Origin: Myxococcota bacterium
GTDB taxonomy: Bacteria > Myxococcota_A > UBA796 > SXON01
Length of the DNA stretch: 38,879 nt
Direction of reading: 5' to 3'
NCBI GenBank assembly: GCA_964202365.1
Contig: CAXNIN010000002.1
Span: 1-38,879 of the forward strand
A model generated the notes under the pieces. It saw nothing but the letters and a program-made list of their open reading frames with translations. It was not told the DNA's origin and did no database searches. The position numbers were made by a program, and so were the translations under genes. Below, piece after piece: positions 1 to 9,197 of this stretch. Numbering within the stretch: position 1 is the stretch's first letter; each line of letters starts with the position of its first letter.

Positions 1-1547
1 CCCTCATCGGGGCGCTCCACGGCCTGCTCCCGAACGACCGCTTCCGCATCGTCGCGTTCGACGACCAGATCGAGGAGTTCCGCAAGGGCTTCACGCCGTA
101 CGAGAACCGCACGCTCGAAGCGGCCGACGCGTGGGTGGCGCGCCTTCAGCCGCGCGGCGGCACCGAGATGTTGCCGGCAATCACGACGTCCCTCGAGGGC
201 GAGACCCCCGCGGGGCGCGTGCGCACCGTGCTCTTCATCACCGACGGCCAGGCGCACAACGAGCAGGCGCTCGTGGCCGCCGTCGCCAACCGGCGGGGCG
301 CGGGGCGGTTCTTCACGCTCGGCATCGACACCGCCGTCAACGGCGCGCTCCTCGGGCGCCTCGCCCGCGTCGGCGGCGGGACGTGCGAGCTGTGCACGCC
401 GAGCGACGACATCGAGGCGCTCGTGAGCCGCATCGAGGCGCGGTTCGGGATGCCGCTCGCGGAGGTCAAGGTCGAAGGCGGGGAGATCGCGGGCCCGGCG
501 GACCGCGCGCTGTTCGCCGGCCGCCCGGTCACGGCGCTGCTGCGCGGGACGGGCCCGGTGCGCGTCGAAGGCCGCACGGCCACCGGCACGTTCACCCACA
601 CGCTCACCCCCACCCCGATCACGTTCCCGCTCGGCGCGCTCTGGGCCCGCGAGCGCGTCGCGGAGCTCGAAGACCGCCTCACGCTTCGCCCCTTCGAGGA
701 AGAAGCGCTCCGGGGGGAGATCCTCCGGGTTGCGCTCGCGCACCACATCGCGTCGCGCTTCACGGCGTTCGTCGCGGTGGAGACCACGTCCGCGGCCGAC
801 CCCGGCACGCGGGTCGAGGTCGTGCAGCCCGCGGCGCTCCCCGCCGAGTGGTCGTCCGCGTTCGGCGGCGGCGGCGGCCCCGCCGGCGGGCAGGTGGTGA
901 TGTCGGCGTCGCGGGCGATGGCCCCGCGCGCGCAGACGCTCCCGCCGGACCTGGCGTACTACGACGAGGCCGACGACGAGGGGCAGATGCTCCCGTCCGC
1001 CCCGCCGCCCCTGGCGAAGAGCGCGAGCCCGCTCCGCCGCGCGCTCGGGAAGATGCACGGCGCCGTCGTCGGCGCGCTGGCGACCCCCAGCGGGCGCGAC
1101 GCACCCCCCGAGAGGGAGCGGGAAGCGTTGGCCTCGCAGCCGCGGCCGAGCGCCGCGCCGGCCGCCGATTTGGCCCGCCGCCGCGCGGCGCCCGCGCGCG
1201 TCGAAGCGGAGTCCACCGCGCCCGCGCCCGCCGCCGACCCGGGCGCCGAGCTGGCCCGCACCCAGTCGGCGGACGGCAGCTATGGCGGCAGCGTCGCCCG
1301 GACCGCGGCCGCGCTCCTCGCGCTGGTCGTGCTGGGCAACACGCGCCACGCCGGGCTCCGGAAGCGCGCAGTGCTCAAGGCGGCCACCTGGCTCGGCAAG
1401 CACGCCGCGGACCCCAACGCGTCGGTCGCCCTGGCCGCGCTCGCGCGCGTCGAGCGCGGGGACGACGCGGGGCGCAAACACGAGCTCCGCATGCTCGTCG
1501 ACGAGAGCCCCGAGGGACGCATCCTCGCCGGGCTGCTCGGCGTCTGA
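1..1547 (+). CDS. von Willebrand factor A (VWA) domain protein, 5'-truncated by window edge
   Basis: Frame 3 is open from the window edge (LIGALHGLLPNDRFRIVAFDDQIEEF...), so track ORF 135..1547 is only the internal-Met part. VWA-fold hallmarks are present: RIVAFDD, GGTEMLPAI, RTVLFITDGQ, FFTLGID. Stop is TGA at 1545-1547. GC3 is very high. Confidence 0.8.
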   Translation, partial: LIGALHGLLPNDRFRIVAFDDQIEEFRKGFTPYENRTLEAADAWVARLQPRGGTEMLPAITTSLEGETPAGRVRTVLFITDGQAHNEQALVAAVANRRGAGRFFTLGIDTAVNGALLGRLARVGGGTCELCTPSDDIEALVSRIEARFGMPLAEVKVEGGEIAGPADRALFAGRPVTALLRGTGPVRVEGRTATGTFTHTLTPTPITFPLGALWARERVAELEDRLTLRPFEEEALRGEILRVALAHHIASRFTAFVAVETTSAADPGTRVEVVQPAALPAEWSSAFGGGGGPAGGQVVMSASRAMAPRAQTLPPDLAYYDEADDEGQMLPSAPPPLAKSASPLRRALGKMHGAVVGALATPSGRDAPPEREREALASQPRPSAAPAADLARRRAAPARVEAESTAPAPAADPGAELARTQSADGSYGGSVARTAAALLALVVLGNTRHAGLRKRAVLKAATWLGKHAADPNASVALAALARVERGDDAGRKHELRMLVDESPEGRILAGLLGV

Positions 1548-1557
1548 CACAGGCCGG

Positions 1558-1589
1558 CCCGGCGCGGGAGGCGAACCCTCCGCGCCGGG
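1558..1589. terminator. GC-rich hairpin between convergent genes (terminator-like)
   Basis: Perfect 10-bp inverted repeat CCCGGCGCGG (1558-1567) / CCGCGCCGGG (1580-1589), lying between the stops at 1547 (+) and 1607 (-). There is no U-tract, so it is only terminator-like. Confidence 0.4.
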
Positions 1590-1606
1590 CGCCACCGCCC
1601 CCGTCA

Positions 1607-2659
1607 TCAGTGCTCGCGCACCCCGGCGGTGGTCACCGGGCGTTCATCCTTGGGAGCGCCGAAAGCGCCCCCAACGCCCGCCGCCACGAGTCCGAGGACC
1701 ATCGCGAGCACCGACCACCCGAGGAAGCTCCCGAGGGCGTTGGTCACGTCCTCGGTCACCTGGGCCGCGTTCTCGCCCACCTGCTGCGTCGTGGTCCCGA
1801 CACGCGCCCGCACCTCGTTCGCGGTGCGCAACCAGTTGTCGACGAGCTGAGCCGCCTGGGCCTCCGACAGCTCGGTGCGGGCGACCACAACCTTGATGGC
1901 ATCCTGCCGATCCACCTCGTTGACCACCGCGCCGCCCTGGGCGGCAAGGTTCGTGAGCGCCGCCTGGATGGCCCCGAAGGCGTCGGTGGACTCGGCGGCA
2001 TCTTCGGCGGCCTGCTCCCCGGCGGCCGCGGCACGGGCCCGGAGCGCGTCGGGCTGAAGCTGCGGATTACCGGTCTGACGCAGGAAGTTCTCGATTTCCC
2101 CGCCGAGCGACTCCGGCGTGATGCCCTGCTGTTGGAGCTGCTGCCCCACCGCGGGCGCCACCGCGCCCACCCCCTCGCCCACGAGGCCGAGCGTCGACCC
2201 GATCACGCCGAACGTGCCGGAGACCACGGTGCTCATGAAGTTCGTGGCAAGCCACGTCGAGAACAACGTCACCAACCCCCAGGCCACGATGCCGTGGATA
2301 GCGCCGTCGAAGCGACGGGGTTGTCCCGCGAGCCGGCCGGCGGTCCACCCGCCGAAGAACAGGCCGATCAACGCCGTGAGCGCGAGCCAGATGCCCGTGC
2401 CCACGCCCAGCCCGCTCAACGTCTGGGCTTCGGTAGCGGGGTTGATCGTGCCCATCAGGAAGGAGAGGCCGAGCGTGCCGAGGAGCAGCTCCACCACCAG
2501 CGCCACCACCACCCCCGCGAAGATCGCGCCCCACGACACCCGCCGCGCCGCGGCCGGCGGGTAGGCCTCGATGCCCGTGCCGTACCGCGGCCAAACCCCT
2601 TCGTACCCAGGGCGCGGCGGCGTCCCGCCCGGCCCGGTGACCGGGATGTCTTCTGCCAT
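1607..2659 (-). CDS. hypothetical polytopic membrane protein
   Basis: Track ORF is 1607..2800. I prefer the internal ATG at 2659 (MAEDIPV...) because GGAGG lies 6 nt upstream. Several hydrophobic helices are visible: WGAIFAGVVVALVVELLLG, GIWLALTALIGLFFGGW, IHGIVAWGLVTLFSTWL, and C-terminal WSVLAMVLGLVAAGVGG. No family recognised. Confidence 0.7.
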   Translation of the reverse strand: MAEDIPVTGPGGTPPRPGYEGVWPRYGTGIEAYPPAAARRVSWGAIFAGVVVALVVELLLGTLGLSFLMGTINPATEAQTLSGLGVGTGIWLALTALIGLFFGGWTAGRLAGQPRRFDGAIHGIVAWGLVTLFSTWLATNFMSTVVSGTFGVIGSTLGLVGEGVGAVAPAVGQQLQQQGITPESLGGEIENFLRQTGNPQLQPDALRARAAAAGEQAAEDAAESTDAFGAIQAALTNLAAQGGAVVNEVDRQDAIKVVVARTELSEAQAAQLVDNWLRTANEVRARVGTTTQQVGENAAQVTEDVTNALGSFLGWSVLAMVLGLVAAGVGGAFGAPKDERPVTTAGVREH

Positions 2660-2818
2660 GCTCCACCTCCACGTTCTGACAAGCCCAAACGACAGGTCAA
2701 AGGTAGGCCGATGGTCCCCCGCGGCGAGCGCGACCCCGTCCACGACACGGTAGAGCGGCCGGCGGCGACGGGGCGGCAGTGGCCGACGGACGCGCCCCAC
2801 CGTCCCGCACCGGCCCCC

Positions 2819-3949
2819 TCACAACCCCAGCTCTCGCCGGACCTGCTCGGGCCGGTCCATCAGGGCGTCCCGGATGTCGTCGGGGTCGCAGTCCGCGGTG
2901 CGTCGAGGGTCCGCCGCGCAGTCCGCGGCGATCACGGCCCAGGTATCCTCGATATACGCCAGAAGATCGAGGGTCTCCCACGCGTCGAGCACGTCCACCA
3001 CCTTGGCTTCGAGCGCCGCCCGGCAGGCACCGTCGTTCACGCAGGCCATCGCCAGGCGGCCCTTGAGGCCCATGTAGAGCGACCCGCCCCCTCGAAACGC
3101 GGTGTCCTGCCCCCACGGCACGAAGTACCAGCGGTCGGCCTTGGTAGCGTGATAGAGTAGGTAGTTATTGGTGTTTCTGCAGTAGCCGTCCCAGTTGCTC
3201 GTCGCGAGGTCGACCGCCCACATCGCGAGCACGCTCTCGCGGTCGAAGCGGGCGTCCAGCACATCGAGGATGTTGGCCCCGTCGATGTCCGCCACGAGGG
3301 CCTCGAGGTCCGCCCGCGCGGTGAGAGGGTCTCCCTCTTCGAGCACGTAGCTGGCGATGCCACCGCTGGTGAGGTCCGCCGCGGTGTAGGTGGAATCGTA
3401 CAAGTTGCCGTCGCTGTCCCCGGGAAACAGCCTCCGAAGCCACTGCTCGTCCAGCGTCTCCACCAGGCCGTACAGGCCGTAGGGCTCGCCGTTGATCCGA
3501 ACACGTGCGTACCCGTGCCGGGACGCGCGGACGCCCATCGCGGCGTACAGGCGGTACGCCGCGTGCTCCCGCAACATCGTGGGGTCGAACACCATGCTGT
3601 TCAGCGTGAGGCGCCGCACCCCGAGCAGGTTGCGGTCCGATTCCCACTGTTCGAGATCCACCTTGATGGAAGGTTTGCCCTCGAACCCCTGGTAGGTGCT
3701 GCTCCCCTTGAAGTTGAAGCCGGCGTCCCACCGCACCCCCTCGTACCCCATCACCGCCACCACATCGGGCCCGTCCCGCTCGAGGCCGTCGATGGCGTCC
3801 TCGGTGAGCGTGAAGGCGAAGTCGTGAACGGAGCCGGGGGCGTAGAGAAATGCTCCCGGATGCTCGTTCGGTCCGTACTCCTGCTCCGGCGGAGCATGGT
3901 GCCACGGGATCGGCGGGAAGCCGAGCAACAACGAAAGGATGCTTTGCAT
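2819..3949 (-). CDS. CotH-family (atypical kinase-like) protein
   Basis: Track ORF is 2819..4084. I moved the start to ATG 3949 (MQSILSLLLGF...), which has GGAG 9 nt upstream. CotH-like signatures recalled from the family: LNSMVFDPTMLREHAAYRLY, INGEPYGLYGLVETLDEQWLRR, GNLYD, SNWDGYCRNTNNYLLY, YFVPWGQDTAF. Confidence 0.8.
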   Translation of the reverse strand: MQSILSLLLGFPPIPWHHAPPEQEYGPNEHPGAFLYAPGSVHDFAFTLTEDAIDGLERDGPDVVAVMGYEGVRWDAGFNFKGSSTYQGFEGKPSIKVDLEQWESDRNLLGVRRLTLNSMVFDPTMLREHAAYRLYAAMGVRASRHGYARVRINGEPYGLYGLVETLDEQWLRRLFPGDSDGNLYDSTYTAADLTSGGIASYVLEEGDPLTARADLEALVADIDGANILDVLDARFDRESVLAMWAVDLATSNWDGYCRNTNNYLLYHATKADRWYFVPWGQDTAFRGGGSLYMGLKGRLAMACVNDGACRAALEAKVVDVLDAWETLDLLAYIEDTWAVIAADCAADPRRTADCDPDDIRDALMDRPEQVRRELGL

Positions 3950-4016
3950 GCGATGGATCTCCGGATGTAGTTGGCGAGCACCCTCCCGAGGTAGGGCCCC
4001 GACACCCGGCGGAGTG

Positions 4017-5783
4017 TCACCTCTCGTCCATCGCCACCTCTCGCCGCCGGGAGCGGCGCGCGCCCTCCCCCCCCGGCACGGCACGGTCGCCCCCGCGCGC
4101 GGCGCGGATCATCTCCATCGCCGCGCGCCGCGTGGCCTCCCCCACGTGGATTCCGCCCACCATGCGCGCGATCTCCTCGTCCCGCTCCGCGGCCGAGAGC
4201 GGCCGCACGGCGCTCCGGGTGCGGTCGTCCACCACCTCCTTCCGCACCTGGAAGTGGGTGTCCGCGTAGACCGCGATCTGCGCGAGGTGCGTGATGCAGA
4301 GCACCTGGTGATGCCGCGACACCTCGTGGAGCTTCCTCCCGATCACCTCGGCAACGGCCCCGCCCACGCCGGTGTCCACTTCGTCGAACACGTAGAGCCC
4401 GACGGGCCCCTGCGCGGCGAGCGTGCGCTTCAGCGCGAGCAGCGCGCGCGAGAGCTCGCCGCCGCTCGCGACCTTGCGCAGCGGCCGCGGCGCCTCGCCG
4501 CGGTTGGTGGCGATGAGGAACTCGACGCGATCGAAGCCGGTCGCGCCGAGCCGCGCGCCGTCCACCACCACCTCTCCGGGGCGCTCCTCCCGCGCGACCT
4601 CGACCTCCACGCGCGCCTCCCCCATGCCGAGCGACGCCAGCTCGTCGGTGATGGCGGCTCCGAGCCGCGCGGCCTCCGCCCGGCGACGCGCGGACACCAC
4701 CCGCGCGAGGTCGGTCACCGCCGCCAGCGCGGCGTCGGCCGCGCGACGCAGCTCCTCGGCGCGACCCTCCGCGCCGCCCAACGCGGCCAGCTCCGCGTTC
4801 GCCTGGAGCCGGAACGCGAGCGCATCGGCGAGGGTGCCCCCGAACTTCCGCGCGAGGCGCTTGAGCTGGTGCTGCCGCTCCTCGAGCTCGGCGAGGCGCT
4901 CCGGGTCGGCGCGGAGGCCGCGGGTGTAGCGGCCGAGCTCGCGCCCCACGTCCTCCACCTCGGCGCGGGCGCCGTCGAGCTGGCGCACCAGCGCCTCCAA
5001 CGCCGCGTCGATCCGGGCGGCGCCCTCGAGCTCCGTCACGAGGCGCCCGAGCTGGCCCACGAGGTCGGCTTCGCCGCTGTAGAGCTCCTCTTCGGCACGC
5101 GCCGTGAGCCCGGCAAGCGAGGCGCCGTGGCGCAGGCGGCCGATCGCTTCCACCAGCTCCTCTTCCTCCCCCGGGCGCGGCGCGAGCTTCTCGACCTCCG
5201 AGAGCTGGAACCGGAGCAAATCCTCGCGGTCGACCCGGGCGCGCGCGGCCGCCTCCGCGTCGTCCGCCGCGGCCTTTGCCGCTTGGTACGCCCGCCACTT
5301 CTCCGCGAGCTCCGCGCGCTCCCGGCCGAGGCCCGCGAAGCCGTCCAGGAAGCCGAGGTGCGTCGAGCAGTCGGCCAGCGTGTGGTGCTGGTGTTGCGAC
5401 GAGATGTCGACGAGGCCCGACGCGAGCTCGGCGAGCTGCGAGGCGGTCGCCAGCTTGCCGTTCACGTAGGCGCGGGTGCGGCCCTCGGCCTCCACGACGC
5501 GCCGCACGACGATCTCCTCGTCCTCTTCGAGGCCCATCGCGGAGAGGCGCGCCCGGGCCGCGGCATCCTCCCGAATGTCGAACAGAGCCTCCACCTCGGC
5601 GCGCTCGGCGCCCGTGCGCACCATCTCGGGGCGCGCCTTGGCGCCGAGCACGAGCTGGAGCGCGCTCACGAGGATGGACTTCCCCGCGCCGGTCTCCCCG
5701 GTGACGACGTTCAACCCAGGGCCGAAGCCCACTTCGAGCTGGTCGATGATGGCGAAGTGTCGAACGCGAAGGTGAGTGAGCAT
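4017..5783 (-). CDS. recN: DNA repair protein RecN
   Basis: Track ORF is 4017..5837; start taken at ATG 5783 (MLTHLRVRHFAIIDQLEV...), giving 588 aa. Walker A GETGAGKS, a long Ala/Glu/Arg/Leu coiled-coil middle, signature SGGELSR, and Walker B LYVFDEVDTGVGG. Confidence 0.95.
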   Translation of the reverse strand: MLTHLRVRHFAIIDQLEVGFGPGLNVVTGETGAGKSILVSALQLVLGAKARPEMVRTGAERAEVEALFDIREDAAARARLSAMGLEEDEEIVVRRVVEAEGRTRAYVNGKLATASQLAELASGLVDISSQHQHHTLADCSTHLGFLDGFAGLGRERAELAEKWRAYQAAKAAADDAEAAARARVDREDLLRFQLSEVEKLAPRPGEEEELVEAIGRLRHGASLAGLTARAEEELYSGEADLVGQLGRLVTELEGAARIDAALEALVRQLDGARAEVEDVGRELGRYTRGLRADPERLAELEERQHQLKRLARKFGGTLADALAFRLQANAELAALGGAEGRAEELRRAADAALAAVTDLARVVSARRRAEAARLGAAITDELASLGMGEARVEVEVAREERPGEVVVDGARLGATGFDRVEFLIATNRGEAPRPLRKVASGGELSRALLALKRTLAAQGPVGLYVFDEVDTGVGGAVAEVIGRKLHEVSRHHQVLCITHLAQIAVYADTHFQVRKEVVDDRTRSAVRPLSAAERDEEIARMVGGIHVGEATRRAAMEMIRAARGGDRAVPGGEGARRSRRREVAMDER

Positions 5784-5831
5784 GGCGATGGTCCGGACGT
5801 ATCGCAGCCCCGCCGGAGCGCGAGTCCCGCC

Positions 5832-5848
5832 TAGCACATTTGTTCACC
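5832..5848. promoter_or_regulatory. candidate LexA (SOS) box upstream of recN
   Basis: TAGCACATTTGTTCACC lies 49-65 nt upstream of the recN start. It matches 14/17 positions of the Myxococcus-type LexA motif CTRHAMRYBYGTTCAGS (motif recalled from memory). On the other strand it reads GAACAAATGTGC, close to GAAC-N4-GTTC. Confidence 0.3.
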
Positions 5849-5912
5849 ACACGACCAGAATATGTCCGGGCGGGGGATTTCGCACAGGGGTACGGCCGGT
5901 CACCCCGCGCCT

Positions 5913-6668
5913 TCAGGCCGGGATGTCCCGCTCCCAATCGCGCATCTCGCCGGCCGCTCGAAACCCCATGCGTGCCACGATGGGCGCGGAGGTCTCCCGC
6001 TTGGCGTACAGGCCCACCGTCGTGAGTCCGAGCGCCTTCGCACGTTCGATTCGCGCGCCGAGGACAGCCGAGTAGGCGCCCTTCCCGCGGGCGTTGGGCA
6101 GGGCGCCGCCGCCCCAGAGCAGGCCGAAGCCGAGGTCCGCGAACGCAGTGAGTCCCCCCGTCGCCATCGCGGCGCCGTCCGCGTCGTACGCCACGAAGCG
6201 GTGCACGCGCCCACCCTCGACGCACGCGCGAAGGTCCTGCGCGAGCTCGGCGTCCGTGGATGTCTCCACCCGGCCGAATGCGGCGTTGCCCACCCGAACG
6301 GCATCGCGCAGCCGCGCCATGCTGTCCACCGGCGCCGCGACCACCCGCGCCGACCGGTGCCACTCCTCGACCGGGAGCGCGCGCACCTCGTAATGCTCGT
6401 TCTCTCGCCAGCCCGCGCCGGCGAGCGCACCGATCAACACGACGGAGTCAAAGGTATCCGGCAGCATCCACCTACCACGCCGCCCTCGAAAGTGGCCCTC
6501 CACCTCCGCCACGAGGGCCGCGGCGTTCGTACCGTCCGCACGCGTGCGCACCACCGCGTTGAGGTGCGGCGCCGGCCGCGGGCAGGTCCGCAGCAGGAGT
6601 TCCGGGCGATCCACCACGGTCACGTCCGGCGGCAGCCAGAAGCCGTCCCACTGGGACCGCTCCAGCAT
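5913..6668 (-). CDS. GNAT family N-acetyltransferase
   Basis: This is the C-terminal 251 codons of track ORF 5913..7757, starting at ATG 6668 (MLERSQWDGF...). The upstream part of that ORF overlaps the real gene at 6680..7762 in another frame. Acetyl-CoA pocket-like ARGKGAYSAVLGARIERAKALG and a typical GNAT C-terminal beta strand. Confidence 0.8.
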   Translation of the reverse strand: MLERSQWDGFWLPPDVTVVDRPELLLRTCPRPAPHLNAVVRTRADGTNAAALVAEVEGHFRGRRGRWMLPDTFDSVVLIGALAGAGWRENEHYEVRALPVEEWHRSARVVAAPVDSMARLRDAVRVGNAAFGRVETSTDAELAQDLRACVEGGRVHRFVAYDADGAAMATGGLTAFADLGFGLLWGGGALPNARGKGAYSAVLGARIERAKALGLTTVGLYAKRETSAPIVARMGFRAAGEMRDWERDIPA

Positions 6669-6679
6669 CGCCGCCGGGG

Positions 6680-7762
6680 TCACCGAATCTCCACGGCGTA
6701 CATCCCAACCTTCACGCCGCCGTTGCTGAAGGTGAGGAGCCGATGCGCGTCGCGATGCACCTTCGCGGCCAGCCCGGCGTCCGGCGAGAGGAACAAGGCG
6801 CGCCACCCCTCGAAGCGCCCGCGAAGCGTCTCCCCGAGCGAGTGGTAGGCACGCCCTTCGGACCCTTCTCCGAGGCGTTTCCCGTAAGGCGGGTTGCAGA
6901 TCACCAGCCCGGAAGGCCCCGTCGGCCCGAGATCCGCCACCTCCACGCGGCGCCACTCCACGCGCACGCCCGCTCGCCCGGCGTTCGCCGTCGCCGCGGT
7001 GAGGATGCGGGCGTCGCGGTCGCAGCCCAGAATCGGCACGTTCACCGGCATCGGCGAGCCCACCTTGGGGCGGAGCTTCGCGAGCGCGGGCCACTCCTGC
7101 CAGGCGAATGCCCGCTTCGCGTAGGGCGAACGCCCGCTCGCGAGCAGCGCGGCCTCGATACAGATCGTGCCCGAGCCGCAGAAGGGGTCGACGAGCGCCT
7201 CGTCTCCGTTCCAGCCCGCCGCGTACAACATCGCCGCCGCGAGGTTCTCGCGGAGCGAGGCCGGCCCCTGCTCGGTGCGCCAGCCTCGGAAGTGCAGCAG
7301 CTCCCCGCCGGCGTCCAGCGAGATGGTCGCCCGGTCGGCGTCGACCTTCACCGAGATTCGCTGCGCGACGCCCGCGCGGGGCGTCCGCTCCACCACGCGC
7401 GGCCCGCGGAGCGCGTCGCGCACGTGCCAGTGCACCTTCTTCTCGATGGACTCGGCGAAGTGCATGCGCGACTCCTTCGCCGTGGCGTGCACCTCGTACT
7501 TTGCGTCGGGAAGCAGGTACGTTTTCCAGGGAATCCGCTTCACGAGCGCGGTCAGCTCCTCGGCGGACCGCGCCTGGCCGGACACGAGCTCGAGAAGGAG
7601 CCGCGAGGGCGTGCGCAGCCGCGTCACGAGGGCGGCGCCGTCCTCCAACGACGCGTCGAAACGCACGCCGCCCGGGTGCACTTCGCCCGTGACTCCAAGA
7701 CCTTCGAGCTCCCGTGCGACCACGGGTTCCAGCCCCGGATGGGCGACGGCGTACCACTTCAT
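6680..7762 (-). CDS. THUMP domain-containing class I SAM-dependent RNA methyltransferase
   Basis: 360-aa ORF with an N-terminal THUMP-like region, SAM motif I VDPFCGSGTICIEAA, and motif IV ICNPPYG. Confidence 0.9.
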   Translation of the reverse strand: MKWYAVAHPGLEPVVARELEGLGVTGEVHPGGVRFDASLEDGAALVTRLRTPSRLLLELVSGQARSAEELTALVKRIPWKTYLLPDAKYEVHATAKESRMHFAESIEKKVHWHVRDALRGPRVVERTPRAGVAQRISVKVDADRATISLDAGGELLHFRGWRTEQGPASLRENLAAAMLYAAGWNGDEALVDPFCGSGTICIEAALLASGRSPYAKRAFAWQEWPALAKLRPKVGSPMPVNVPILGCDRDARILTAATANAGRAGVRVEWRRVEVADLGPTGPSGLVICNPPYGKRLGEGSEGRAYHSLGETLRGRFEGWRALFLSPDAGLAAKVHRDAHRLLTFSNGGVKVGMYAVEIR

Positions 7763-7826
7763 GGGCGCCGGCTAACCCGGAGCGAACGCGCGGACCCGAG
7801 CGCCGCGCGCACCTCCCGTCCGGCGC

Positions 7827-9176
7827 CTACTTCCCGAGCTCGAACCGGAGCGCGGCCTCCAGGTCGGGCCGCACGTACCGGAACCCGCTCTCCAACAGGC
7901 GCTTCGGCGCCACGCGCTGCCCTTCGATGAGCACGCCCTGGCCCATCTCACCGAACACGGTGCGCACCGCGAAGCCGGGCAGCGGCAGGAAAGCCGGCCG
8001 GGAGAGCACCTTCCCGAGCACCGCGGCGAACTCCGCCTGCCGCACCGATTCGGGGCCGACCACGTTCACGGGGCCGGTGAGCCCGGCGTACAGGAGGTGG
8101 TGAATCGCGCCGACGGCGTCGTCCATCGAGATCCACGGAAACCACTGCTTCCCGCTCCCGATCGGTCCGCCCACGCCGAACGCGAACGGCGTCTTCATCT
8201 TGGCGAGCGCGCCCCCGGCGGCCGCGAGGACCACGCCGATCCGGGGGTGCACCACCAGAATGCCGGCGTCCCGGGCCGGGTCTGCCGAAGCCTCCCACGC
8301 CTGGCACACCTCGGCGAGAAACCCCGTGCCGGCGGGCGAGGACTCGTCGGCCATGGTGTCACCCGTGTCGCCGTAGTGCCCGACCGCCGAAGCGGAAACA
8401 AAGATACGCGGCTTTTTCTGGAGCTTTGCGAGCGCAGTCGCAATCGTCCGCGTGCCGGACACGCGGCTCGCCATCACGGCCTCCTTCACCGCGGGCGTCC
8501 ACCGCTGGCCCACGTTTTCGCCGGCGAGGTGCACCACGGCGTCCACCCCCTCGAGCGCCGCCACGTCGATCTCGCCTTTCGCAGGGTCCCAGCGGATCTC
8601 GCCCTGGCCGGCCGAGCGCCGCACGAGCTTCTGCACGGTGTGCCCGCCCGTCGACAGAAACGCGCAGAGCTGCGTGCCGATGAGGCCCGACGCCCCGGTC
8701 ACGGCCACGCGCATCGGGGCCTTCCCGGCGTGGCGAGACAGATCTTCCGCGGTGCGCTGGTGACGGAAGTCGAACATGCGTTCAATCCGGGCGAGGGCGA
8801 AGGCCCCGCCGAAGAGGCTCCCGAGGGGGCCCATGGGGAGGGTGTAGTCGATGTGGTCGACGAGCTCGGAGCCCGCCTCGTTTGGCTCGAAGCGGTGGGT
8901 GTGCACCCACGCCGCGAAGGGCCCGCTCACCTGCGTGTCGCGGAACTGCCGGCCGGGAACGTGGTCACTGTGCTGGGCCACCCAGGTCTGCCGGATGGGC
9001 CCCATCACACCCATCCGCATCACGACGCGGGAGTCCGCGATCGTTCCGGTGTGCTCGGCAAGCTCCACCGCCTCCCACGGTGGCACGAGCCGCTGGAGCG
9101 CCCCCTCCCGCGCGTGCCAATCGTGGAGGGTCTCCGCGCTCACCGGCATCGTCGATCGCCGCTCGAAAATGGGCAT
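7827..9176 (-). CDS. TIGR01777/YfcH-like epimerase with N-terminal SRPBCC domain and DUF1731-like tail
   Basis: Track ORF is 7827..9692; start taken at ATG 9176 (MPIFERRSTMPVSAETLHDWHAREGALQRLVPPWE, the typical N-terminus of this fusion family). Rossmann motif VAVTGASGLIGTQL. ATG 9149 is an alternative start. Confidence 0.85.
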   Translation of the reverse strand: MPIFERRSTMPVSAETLHDWHAREGALQRLVPPWEAVELAEHTGTIADSRVVMRMGVMGPIRQTWVAQHSDHVPGRQFRDTQVSGPFAAWVHTHRFEPNEAGSELVDHIDYTLPMGPLGSLFGGAFALARIERMFDFRHQRTAEDLSRHAGKAPMRVAVTGASGLIGTQLCAFLSTGGHTVQKLVRRSAGQGEIRWDPAKGEIDVAALEGVDAVVHLAGENVGQRWTPAVKEAVMASRVSGTRTIATALAKLQKKPRIFVSASAVGHYGDTGDTMADESSPAGTGFLAEVCQAWEASADPARDAGILVVHPRIGVVLAAAGGALAKMKTPFAFGVGGPIGSGKQWFPWISMDDAVGAIHHLLYAGLTGPVNVVGPESVRQAEFAAVLGKVLSRPAFLPLPGFAVRTVFGEMGQGVLIEGQRVAPKRLLESGFRYVRPDLEAALRFELGK

Positions 9177-9197
9177 CCGGCCCGTTATCCGCTTCAG

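Noticed and set aside
3751-6363. 870-aa ORF on the - strand, and similar giant ORFs (131..3160, 3939..5834, 28238..30175, 33072..35006, 34067..36988)
   Set aside because: All are out of frame with, or antisense to, genes that have clear family signatures (recN, CotH, membrane proteins, metallophosphoesterase). Their products are Arg/Gly/Pro/Ala-rich low-complexity sequence. These are high-GC artefacts, not overlapping genes.
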